Assembly: GCA_965237905.1 (NCBI GenBank)
Contig: OZ250172.1
Span: 1,952,001 to 2,016,000, forward strand
DNA length: 64,000 bases
Reading direction: 5' to 3'
Source of the DNA: Nitrospinaceae bacterium
Lineage (GTDB): Bacteria; Nitrospinota; Nitrospinia; Nitrospinales; Nitrospinaceae
A program made the translations under genes and the position numbers. Of the stretch, positions 9,538 to 19,900 are shown one piece after another. Within the stretch, counting starts at the first letter, position 1. Each line of letters starts with the position of its first letter. The notes under the pieces are model-generated. The model did no database searches. It was not told the origin of the DNA and saw only the letters and a program-made list of their open reading frames with translations.

Positions 9538-10179
9538 CTATTTCTGCAGTGACTTTTTAACCTTTTGCGGGCAGGCTTTATGTTTTCTGATATGGTCCCG
9601 AATATTCTCCGCCATGATGGGGTCCGGGTCCAGAAAGGATAACTTGACCAGTTTGATGAATTGGTCTTCGGTGAGTTCCCTAGATAACCAATAATGAAAT
9701 GTTTCGTTTCTTTCGTTTTCGGAGTCGGACTCGTTTCCCGGTTGGAATAGCTTTCTATGCGCTAAAAACATCTCATCCGGATACAGACCCCATGCCAGCC
9801 ATTCTTTCGGGAAATGCAATAGTTCCGCCAATCTGTTTTTAGTGAACTTCGGAATTTCATGTTTGGTGTAGCCGAAGAGTTCCATTCTAAGAGATTCCGT
9901 GCAGTCCTTGTGCCGGTTAATCGAGCTTCTCATGTATTTCCCGGACTTTTCAAATAAAGACAACTGGAACAATTTTTTTATTTGTACTTCGGTTAAACTC
10001 CCTTCCAGCCAATAGAAAAAGGCATCCAGTCTGAAATTCCTGTAACTTCCCTCATCGGCAGCCGTTTCATAGAATTTGTATAATTCCTCCAGCATTGCGT
10101 CTGGAAGCATATCCCATTCCTGCCACTCTTTTGGAAAGCGGCACTTATCCAAAAATTCATTTTTATTCATCAAATCCAT
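9538..10179 (-). CDS. Hypothetical protein made of two tandem homologous domains of about 95 aa
   Basis: FPKEW..W...PD.M, F.YWL...LTE.Q..KL..LS and I..HK.C each occur twice; start placed after GAGGGA. Confidence 0.75.
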   Translation of the reverse strand: MDLMNKNEFLDKCRFPKEWQEWDMLPDAMLEELYKFYETAADEGSYRNFRLDAFFYWLEGSLTEVQIKKLFQLSLFEKSGKYMRSSINRHKDCTESLRMELFGYTKHEIPKFTKNRLAELLHFPKEWLAWGLYPDEMFLAHRKLFQPGNESDSENERNETFHYWLSRELTEDQFIKLVKLSFLDPDPIMAENIRDHIRKHKACPQKVKKSLQK

Positions 10180-10287
10180 CACAGTAAATCCCTCAATATT
10201 AACCGATGTAAGAGTTGTGGAAGTTCCTTTATAGGATAAAGGGGCCAAGCCGGAAGGGGTAGCAAAAATTAGGAGTATAATGGGGGT

Positions 10288-10527
10288 ATGCCTAAACCCG
10301 ATGTGTCAAAGCGGCTGCGCTTTTGGAGCCGATTCACCCTTTTTGTGGGAATGGTCGCTCTGGGGCTCTATTTTGTATTTGATCCAACTACGCCTAAACT
10401 TTACAAATTGTTGATGACCCTTGGTGTGCTGGGATTCCTGCTGTTTTTCTTTATGGGAAGCGGCGGCGGAAAAGGCGGGCCGTTGGGAGGCAAAGCTCCG
10501 CCGACAAGATGGTTTGGCGGACATTAA
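10288..10527 (+). CDS. Small two-TM membrane protein
   Basis: Two hydrophobic segments and a Gly-rich tail; fills the intergenic gap. Confidence 0.6.
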   Translation: MPKPDVSKRLRFWSRFTLFVGMVALGLYFVFDPTTPKLYKLLMTLGVLGFLLFFFMGSGGGKGGPLGGKAPPTRWFGGH

Positions 10528-10560
10528 AACCTTCCCTGCATTTCCCTTCGACTTTATAAC

Positions 10561-10591
10561 AAAAGCCCCACGCCTGCTGGCATGGGGCTTT
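10561..10591. terminator. Terminator between convergent genes (icd 3-prime end)
   Basis: AAAAGCCCCACGCC-tgct-GGCATGGGGCTTT hairpin. Confidence 0.8.
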
Positions 10592-10651
10592 CAATTAATA
10601 GAGCGTGATCTATACTTCCGCCTTTTAAACCGCAGGTTACTTGTTATGCGG

Positions 10652-12922
<2,271 letters not shown>

Positions 12923-13103
12923 TTACTTAAGAATATACAATGTATCAATCAGCCCGACAGCCGAACTCATTGAAAGTCGCTAAATTTAGTTTTCCAAATT
13001 GCGCATAATATAGCCTAAGTTAAGACAAAACTCATCAATTTTTTGGCTCTCCACGGGGAAATTGGGCCTCAAAAACAGCCTGGTTTTTCTTTTTCTGGGC
13101 TGA

Positions 13104-15815
13104 TCACTCCAAATCCTCCAGTTTTTTGACCAGGAGGGTGTTGATCAGGCGTTCTTTCACCCGCTGAATCAGCGGCGGAAAGTTCAGTTTGCGTCCATCC
13201 AGTGACACCGAAAATACATCGATGCCTCGACCGCCCCGGGTGGCGATTTTGGCGCGGTGGGGCCGGATGCCGAAGTTCCGGAACGTGTGGGCAATTTTAT
13301 ACAGCATGCCGGGATGGTCGCACGCTTCGATGCGGATCAGGGTAAAGGGGTTTTCCGAGTAGTTTTCGACCTGGATTTGAGGTTCGATGGCCGCCTCACC
13401 GAGTGTCTCGTTCAACAGCCGGGTACGTTCCTTAAGCAAAGCGCCCAGGGTTTTGGTTTGGTCCAACAGGTCTTTGAGATTGCTTTCAATTTCCTTCCAC
13501 ACGTTTTCGACACTGCCAAAAATATTGATAGCCTTCTGACTGCCCACCTGAACGACGATGATGACGAGGCCATCCTGCCTCGAAAAAATTTGCGCGGAGA
13601 GAATGTTCAATGCCCGCGCGGTCAGGGTGCCCACCAGGTCCTTGAACAGGCCGGCATTGCTTTGGCCGCACAGGGTCAAATCGAAAAATTCCCCAGAGGG
13701 ATGGTCGACGAATTGAATTGCAAAGTCCTCGTCTCCTTTTTTCTCCACCAGTCGGATGTGGTCCACGATATCGCTGGAGTCCGCGGTATGCAGATAATCG
13801 TCCGGCATGGTCTCCAGATGCTGGTCGATGGCTTCTTTAGATAGTTGATCGGCCAGTTTGGAATAGACCGCCTGACGGGTGGTCTGGGGTTTTTCGTCTA
13901 AAGATTCCGGCCGCACCAGATAGTTGTGGGTGCGTTGGTACGCCTCGGTCAGTAGGATTTTTTTCCAGGAGGTCCAGGTTCCCGGCGCCACCGCGTTCAG
14001 CTCAGCGTAACTCAACAGCAGCAGGAGGCCGAGTTTCTGCGGCGTTTCGGCGATTTGACCCAGTTTGCGGATGATCGTTGGATTATGAATGTCCTCATGA
14101 AAGGCAATTTCATTCAGGGTGTGCAATTCACTGATCAGAAAAACCAGAAGCTCACGTTGTTCCGGGGTCAACGTTAAATCCTTGAACACGCGGGATAGCG
14201 ATTCGCGGGTTTGTGCAGTTGTTGATTCCTCTCCTTCCTTTTCCAGAGAATGCAGAAGACACGCCAGTTTGAGAATCACCCGGTGATCCGTTGCGTCGTA
14301 CAGTTCCTGAAATTTTTTCAGACCCTCGTCCGGCCGGTCAGGTAGGTTTTCCAGAAAATGGACCATGCGCAGGGCATGTTCGTCTGCGGTGGAGCGGTGA
14401 TAGAAATCGTAACTGATCCGGTACTGCGATTGACCGAATTCGGGAACCAGCAGGGCCAGCAGGTTGACCTCGTGCATCAGGTCCAAAACATTTTCCGAGT
14501 GTGGATGATCCAGAATGTCGAATAGAAATTCCGCCACCTTGGGGCTTGCAATGTAATGGGAATCCACGAGATCCACGTTTTGGCGAATCAGGCGATTCAG
14601 TTGCGTGTCCGGTTGCAATCCATACTGCTGGCACAGTTGGAATGCTTTGAGAAATAACGACAGATCGTTTTTAAACAAGTCCTCATTCAAATCCTGCGCG
14701 GACAGTTTGTTTTTTTTGATAATGAATCCGTTTTCCAGGTTGGTCTGTTGCAGTTGCGTCAGGATATTTTGGAGCGTCGGTTTGACTTCGAGGCATCGGT
14801 GGAATATATCTGCGCTTATATGCCGTATCCGGGTGGTGTGCATGAAATAATTGCGCATGAGGGATTCGGCATCGCCTTCACCCTCTTCCCCGCGGTAACC
14901 CAGGTGTGCCGCCAGTTCCTTTTGAATGCCCATCTCCAGCACATCGGACTTCTTGCCTTTCTGGTAATGCAACTCGTTGCGGACCCTCAGTAGAAAATCC
15001 ACCGATTCCCCCAGTTGATTCAGCTCCTCCGGGGTGACCACATCGGTCCGTTGAATTTCCTGAAGAGAGATGCCGTCGAAGGACACCGCCACCGCCCACA
15101 GCGCCGCATGGTAATCCCGCAAACCTCCCGGACCGTTTTTGATGTCCGGTTCCGGATGGCTGGTCACGCCTTCGCGGGTTTCCGAAGACTCAAAAATTAT
15201 TTTTAGATTTTCGTTGAGAAACTCTTTGGCTCTCTTCTTAAGGACGTTTTTGCGGACCGAGTTCCATAGCTTCTGGTAGAGCGGGTAGGTGCCGGTCAGG
15301 AACCGGGTTTCGATCATAGACGTACGGATGGTGGGGTCGTCCAGCGCCAACAGTTGGCACTCCTTGATCGTTCGGCAACTCTGTCCAATTTCCAGTCCGA
15401 TGCCCCACAGGACGGAAATAATATCCTGAATGAACCGGTCCAGGGTCTTGTCCATTTTTTTCTGCAGGAGAAACAACAGGTCGATATCGGAGCCGGGGTT
15501 GAGTTCCCCCCGACCGTATCCTCCCACCGCTACCAACGCGAACTTATCCGGTAGATTTTTGTTTTGATACTCTTCCAATTCGGAGAGCGTCGTGACCACA
15601 TGCCGGATGACCTCATCCATAAGCCCGGTCAGCGCCTGGATGACTTCTCTTCCTCCAGCGCCGGCCCGGTGCCAATCTTTTATTTTTTCGTGCTCCTGCT
15701 GGATCAGGTCCTTGAATTTGTGGAAATAGTCCAGGCGCACCTTGGGATCCGCCGGAATCTGCCGGACCGAAGAGAAATCGGGGTCGAACTGATGGAAGAG
15801 AGCTTTGGGACTCAT
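13104..15815 (-). CDS. glnD: [Protein-PII] uridylyltransferase
   Basis: AVGGYGRGEL.PGSDIDL NTase motif, EPDIKNGPGGLRD, an HD-like domain and two C-terminal ACT domains. Confidence 0.92.
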   Translation of the reverse strand: MSPKALFHQFDPDFSSVRQIPADPKVRLDYFHKFKDLIQQEHEKIKDWHRAGAGGREVIQALTGLMDEVIRHVVTTLSELEEYQNKNLPDKFALVAVGGYGRGELNPGSDIDLLFLLQKKMDKTLDRFIQDIISVLWGIGLEIGQSCRTIKECQLLALDDPTIRTSMIETRFLTGTYPLYQKLWNSVRKNVLKKRAKEFLNENLKIIFESSETREGVTSHPEPDIKNGPGGLRDYHAALWAVAVSFDGISLQEIQRTDVVTPEELNQLGESVDFLLRVRNELHYQKGKKSDVLEMGIQKELAAHLGYRGEEGEGDAESLMRNYFMHTTRIRHISADIFHRCLEVKPTLQNILTQLQQTNLENGFIIKKNKLSAQDLNEDLFKNDLSLFLKAFQLCQQYGLQPDTQLNRLIRQNVDLVDSHYIASPKVAEFLFDILDHPHSENVLDLMHEVNLLALLVPEFGQSQYRISYDFYHRSTADEHALRMVHFLENLPDRPDEGLKKFQELYDATDHRVILKLACLLHSLEKEGEESTTAQTRESLSRVFKDLTLTPEQRELLVFLISELHTLNEIAFHEDIHNPTIIRKLGQIAETPQKLGLLLLLSYAELNAVAPGTWTSWKKILLTEAYQRTHNYLVRPESLDEKPQTTRQAVYSKLADQLSKEAIDQHLETMPDDYLHTADSSDIVDHIRLVEKKGDEDFAIQFVDHPSGEFFDLTLCGQSNAGLFKDLVGTLTARALNILSAQIFSRQDGLVIIVVQVGSQKAINIFGSVENVWKEIESNLKDLLDQTKTLGALLKERTRLLNETLGEAAIEPQIQVENYSENPFTLIRIEACDHPGMLYKIAHTFRNFGIRPHRAKIATRGGRGIDVFSVSLDGRKLNFPPLIQRVKERLINTLLVKKLEDLE

Positions 15816-16002
15816 AGTTCGTGATGGGATCTCAAAAAAAGACAATTTATGGGTGTGTATTGGGTTCTGCTAATTGAATCCTGTATTTTAAGGAAAACAA
15901 AAGAATATGGAAGGTTTAATTGTCCGGGCCGGAACCGGGATTCAGACCTTTTTTGGAGGTGGCCGTTTTCCTGTTCCCCGGAGTGAATCCGGCCAAATTT
16001 GC

Positions 16003-16032
16003 TTGACAAAACGGGGGTTAATCTTATACGTT
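16003..16032 (+). promoter_or_regulatory. Putative sigma70 promoter of mdh
   Basis: TTGACA at 16003-16008 and TACGTT 18 nt downstream. Confidence 0.4.
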
Positions 16033-16160
16033 ACTTTTTCTCACAGTTGATTATCACCAAAATGCTTGCCGGTTTGAATACCAATTTATATCATTACGAT
16101 TATTCAAATAATCGAGAGCTCATTTCTTCTGTTTGATCTTTTTACTTTGCGAGGACGCGA

Positions 16161-17111
16161 ATGGGACTTATGCGAAAGAAGATCACCATAGTCGGCGCGG
16201 GTCAGGTCGGTACCACGGTGGCTCAGTTGGTGGCCTACAAGAATCTAGGTAACATTGTGCTGGTGGATATTGTTGAAGGGGTTCCCCAGGGGAAAGCCCT
16301 CGACCTCCAGCAGTCCGGTTGTCTGCAGGCGTTTGACAGTATTGTCACCGGCACCAATGACTACAAGGACACGGCCAATTCAGATATCGTGGTGATCACT
16401 GCGGGTTTGCCCAGAAAACCGGGGCAGGACCGGTCCGATTTGCTCCGCATCAACGCCAAAATTGTAAAGAGCGTGACCGAGCAGATCATGAAGTATTCCA
16501 CCGATCCCATTATCATTGTGGTGTCGAATCCGCTCGATGCCATGGTGTATCTCGCCAAACAAGTTTCCGGCCTGTCGAGAAATCATGTCCTCGGTATGGC
16601 GGGCGTTTTGGACTCCGCGCGGTTCCGCACCTTTGTGTCGCTGGAGCTGTCCTGTTCCCTGGTGGATGTCGATGCCATGGTCCTGGGCGGGCACGGCGAT
16701 TCCATGGTCCCGATGCCGCGCTACACCACCGTCTCCGGTATTTCCATCACCGACCTGATGACGCAGGAGCAAATCGACCGGCTGGTGGAGCGCACGCGTA
16801 AAGGCGGCGCGGAAATCGTCGGCCTCCTGAAAAACGGGAGCGCCTTCTCTGCGCCCGGTGCCTCGGCGGTCAAGATGATCGAAGCGATCCTGCAAGACAA
16901 GCGAAGAATCCTGCCGTGCACCGCGTATCTGGATGGGGAATACGGTTGGAGTAATATTTTCTTCGGGGTGCCGGTGGAGTTGGGTGCGTTGGGCATCGAC
17001 AAAATCATCGAACTGAACCTGACCCCGGACGAAAAGAAAGCGCTCGATACATCCGCCGCCGATGTGAAAGTGATGATCGACGAAGTTGATGCCTTCCTGA
17101 AAGAAAAGTAA
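16161..17111 (+). CDS. mdh: Malate dehydrogenase (LDH-like)
   Basis: GAGQVG, TAGLPRKPG, VSNPLD, GMAGVLDSARF and LGGHGD. Confidence 0.96.
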   Translation: MGLMRKKITIVGAGQVGTTVAQLVAYKNLGNIVLVDIVEGVPQGKALDLQQSGCLQAFDSIVTGTNDYKDTANSDIVVITAGLPRKPGQDRSDLLRINAKIVKSVTEQIMKYSTDPIIIVVSNPLDAMVYLAKQVSGLSRNHVLGMAGVLDSARFRTFVSLELSCSLVDVDAMVLGGHGDSMVPMPRYTTVSGISITDLMTQEQIDRLVERTRKGGAEIVGLLKNGSAFSAPGASAVKMIEAILQDKRRILPCTAYLDGEYGWSNIFFGVPVELGALGIDKIIELNLTPDEKKALDTSAADVKVMIDEVDAFLKEK

Positions 17112-17157
17112 GGCGCTCATTTGACCTACCGCATAATTTCAAACGGATTGAATACGA

Positions 17158-17784
17158 CTATTCCGGAATTTTGCCAATGCGCTCCCAGCGAATGGTGCTT
17201 TCCTCATTGTTCCACGACCAGTAAATAATTTTAACCTCCCGCACTATATCTTTTACTTCCAAAGGACCAAACAGCCTGCTGTCGATACTGTTTTCACGAT
17301 TGTCTCCGAGCACAAAAAAATATTCATCGGGAATCATCACAGGACCAAAGTCATCCCGAGGGAACACAGGTGTAGCTTTCGGTGGTTCTGTGTGTTGGGC
17401 ATAGGGTTCGTCCAAGGTTTTGTCATTGATATAAACTTTTTGTTTGCGGATTTTCAGTTTCTCTCCCGGCAACCCCACCACACGTTTAACGAATTCCTTT
17501 TGCCTGTCGTCCGGATACGGAAAAACAACGATATCTCCTCTATCAGGTTTTTGGTCGGCGAAAAACCTAAGCGTAATGATGTGATCACCTATGAGCAAAG
17601 CGGGTTCCATGCTAGCCGCGGGAATTTTGTATGCTTTATACGAATAAAGACCATAAATCACCATTAGGCCCATCCCAATAGCCACAACCAATAATCCGGC
17701 GTTAGTTAAAAACAGATGCCAGCGTTTGGTGGGTTTGGCTGGAGGTGAATTCTGCTTATGTTGGATTTGTGGAGACTCCGTCAT
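17158..17784 (-). CDS. lepB: Signal peptidase I
   Basis: IPAASMEP (Ser), FVKRVVGLPGE (Lys) and GDNRENSIDSR. Confidence 0.93.
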   Translation of the reverse strand: MTESPQIQHKQNSPPAKPTKRWHLFLTNAGLLVVAIGMGLMVIYGLYSYKAYKIPAASMEPALLIGDHIITLRFFADQKPDRGDIVVFPYPDDRQKEFVKRVVGLPGEKLKIRKQKVYINDKTLDEPYAQHTEPPKATPVFPRDDFGPVMIPDEYFFVLGDNRENSIDSRLFGPLEVKDIVREVKIIYWSWNNEESTIRWERIGKIPE

Positions 17785-17926
17785 GATTTTTCCATATTTT
17801 CTGTGTCTTTGGTTTATCTTCGGATTTCAAATGGATCGAATACCGTCTTGATGGATTTGGCCTCGTGCGCGCCCAGAGGAGAGGAACAATAAAATAGAAA
17901 TTAATAGAATAAATATTCGCATGACG

Positions 17927-18223
17927 TTATCCGAAACTTTTGGTTAATTCGATAACGATCCCTTTGGCCAGAATGTACAGACCCATCGATCCCGCGATCA
18001 GGGTGCTGAACCACAGGTTGTTCACCGGCTCTTTTTTCTTTTTAGCGTCTACGATTAACACCAGGCCCAGGATTCCCATCAGCAGGCTGAGCAGAAAGGG
18101 ACCGAGAAAAAGAACGGCTCCGGCTGATCGACCCCACGCATCGAATTGCCTGATGTAGATCGACAATCCCCAGAACATCAGCAGGGGCAGGGGGCTCGTC
18201 CATATAAAAATCTTCCGGATCAC
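17927..18223 (-). CDS. Hypothetical 3-TM membrane protein
   Basis: Three hydrophobic stretches; GTGA overlap with the arsC stop. Confidence 0.6.
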   Translation of the reverse strand: MIRKIFIWTSPLPLLMFWGLSIYIRQFDAWGRSAGAVLFLGPFLLSLLMGILGLVLIVDAKKKKEPVNNLWFSTLIAGSMGLYILAKGIVIELTKSFG

Positions 18224-18666
18224 GCCGCCGTCTCCGGTTCAATATTGTCGGGCAGTCCCGATACAAATACTTGGATCTCGTCCCGCACCCGCCGGTAATG
18301 GGACAATGCTTCATCTTCCGTCGCGGCTCCCTGTGCCAGTTTCGGTGGGTCGTCGAATCCCACATGCACCACGCGCGTTTTGCCGGGGAACACCGGGCAG
18401 GTCTCGTCAGCGTGACCGCACACGGTGACCACATAGTCGAATGGCACGTACATCACGTCATCGACGTGCTTGGACGTGTGTTTAGAAATATCGATGCCCG
18501 CTTCATCCATGACTTTGATGGCGCGCGTGTTCATCCCGTGCGGATTGATACCCGCCGAATGCGGTTCGATCACGTCGCCCTTCAACGCCTGCGCCCAGCC
18601 CTCCGCCATCTGGCTCCGGCACGAATTCCCCGTACATAAAAACAATATTTTGAGCTTATCAGCCAT
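18220..18666 (-). CDS. arsC: Arsenate reductase, thioredoxin-coupled (LMW-PTP fold)
   Basis: CTGNSCRSQMAEG, VTVCGHADETCP and FDDP. Confidence 0.92.
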   Translation of the reverse strand: MADKLKILFLCTGNSCRSQMAEGWAQALKGDVIEPHSAGINPHGMNTRAIKVMDEAGIDISKHTSKHVDDVMYVPFDYVVTVCGHADETCPVFPGKTRVVHVGFDDPPKLAQGAATEDEALSHYRRVRDEIQVFVSGLPDNIEPETAA

Positions 18667-18710
18667 GACCTATCAAGTGTAACATAAGCCTCCAGAAGGC
18701 GGTTTGCCGC

Positions 18711-18746
18711 TTGATTTTTGCTATATTTTCGCCTATGATAAGCGCA
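18711..18746 (+). promoter_or_regulatory. lexA promoter with overlapping imperfect palindrome
   Basis: TTGATT (18711-16), 17-nt spacer, TATGAT (18734-39); TTCGCCTAT-G-ATAAGCGCA covers the -10 box. Confidence 0.6.
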
Positions 18747-18870
18747 ATTGAATCGACCCTGAATCAGGTGGGTAACTGCGGAGTCCCAGCGACCCCAATG
18801 TCCGCCGTCCGCGCAGGACTCGCCTATGATGGGCCGACAATTCTAGCAACCCATTTATAGGCGGAGGACT

Positions 18871-19467
18871 ATGTATCTGACCAAACGCCAGAAGGAGATT
18901 TACCAGTTTCTCAAGGAGCATATCCAGTCGATGGGCTACGCGCCGAGCATCATGGAGATCTGCGCGAAGTTCAACCTGTCGTCACCGGCCACGGTGCACA
19001 AGCACCTCAGCCATATCGAGGAGAAAGGGCTCATCCGCCGCGAGCAGAACCTGAGCCGCGCCATCGAATTGGTGGAAGAGACAGCGGCGGCCCTGCCGGA
19101 GTTTCAACTGCTCGGACACATCATGGCGGGTAAACCGATCGAGGTGATCGAGGCGCGCGAGATGATGTCGCTCATGCCCGACCCGTCGGGTAAGGACATC
19201 TTCGTGCTGAAGGTCAAGGGTCAGTCGATGATCGACGACCATATCCAGGACGGTGATTACGTTATCGTTGAACGGCGCGACCAGGCGGAAAACGGCGAGA
19301 CCGTTGTTGCTCTGCTTAATAACGAATCGGCCACACTCAAACGCTTTTACCGGGAGAAGGATCACATCCGCCTGCAACCCGCCAATGCGGATATGGAACC
19401 CATCATTGTGAAAGAAGGTGACTTCAAAATCCAGGGCGTGGTCATCGGCGTCCTCCGAAAATTCTAA
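18871..19467 (+). CDS. lexA: SOS repressor LexA
   Basis: LTKRQKEI wHTH, Ala-Gly cleavage site (IMAGKP), Ser (GQSMI) and Lys (ATLKR); GGAGGA RBS. Confidence 0.95.
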   Translation: MYLTKRQKEIYQFLKEHIQSMGYAPSIMEICAKFNLSSPATVHKHLSHIEEKGLIRREQNLSRAIELVEETAAALPEFQLLGHIMAGKPIEVIEAREMMSLMPDPSGKDIFVLKVKGQSMIDDHIQDGDYVIVERRDQAENGETVVALLNNESATLKRFYREKDHIRLQPANADMEPIIVKEGDFKIQGVVIGVLRKF

Positions 19468-19475
19468 ACCATTTA

Positions 19476-19888
19476 ATTAACCACAGATGAACACAGATGC
19501 ACACAGATAAGGTCACGGAATCAATCATCAGTTGCGGTATGAAGGTGAGCAACACTTTGGATGCGGGTTTTTTGGAAAAGGTTTATGAAAACGCATTGGT
19601 TTTGGAATTGAATAAGGCTGGGTTAAAAGCGGAGCAACAAAAGAAAATCGCAGTCATGTATGAAGGTACGGTGGTTGGCGATTACTTTGCAGATGTTTTA
19701 GTCAATGATCAGGTCATAATTGAAGTGAAAGCACTAAAGGCAATTGATGAATCCCATCAAGCCCAACTTTTAAATTATCTGAAAGCGACACAAATGCGAG
19801 TGGGATTGATTCTCAATTTCGGAACGTCACGCATGGGCATCAAAAGAATGGTTTTATGATTTCCCATCTGTGTTCATCTGTGGTTAAT
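19476..19888 (+). mobile_element. Putative GxxExxY element bounded by a perfect 24-bp inverted repeat
   Basis: 19476-19499 ATTAACCACAGATGAACACAGATG is the exact reverse complement of 19865-19888; about 40% GC by hand count versus about 60% or more in sampled flanking lines. Confidence 0.7.
19497..19859 (+). CDS. GxxExxY protein (PD-(D/E)XK nuclease superfamily)
   Basis: GFLEKVY motif, ADVLV....IIEVK catalytic-type motif, QLLNYLKAT and GLILNFG. Confidence 0.93.
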   Translation: MHTDKVTESIISCGMKVSNTLDAGFLEKVYENALVLELNKAGLKAEQQKKIAVMYEGTVVGDYFADVLVNDQVIIEVKALKAIDESHQAQLLNYLKATQMRVGLILNFGTSRMGIKRMVL

Positions 19889-19900
19889 AGGGTTTGATTA

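Noticed and set aside
18758..18768. Palindrome CCTGA-A-TCAGG as the LexA operator
   Set aside because: A single short copy; the repeated CGCCTAT motif on the -10 box is the better candidate.
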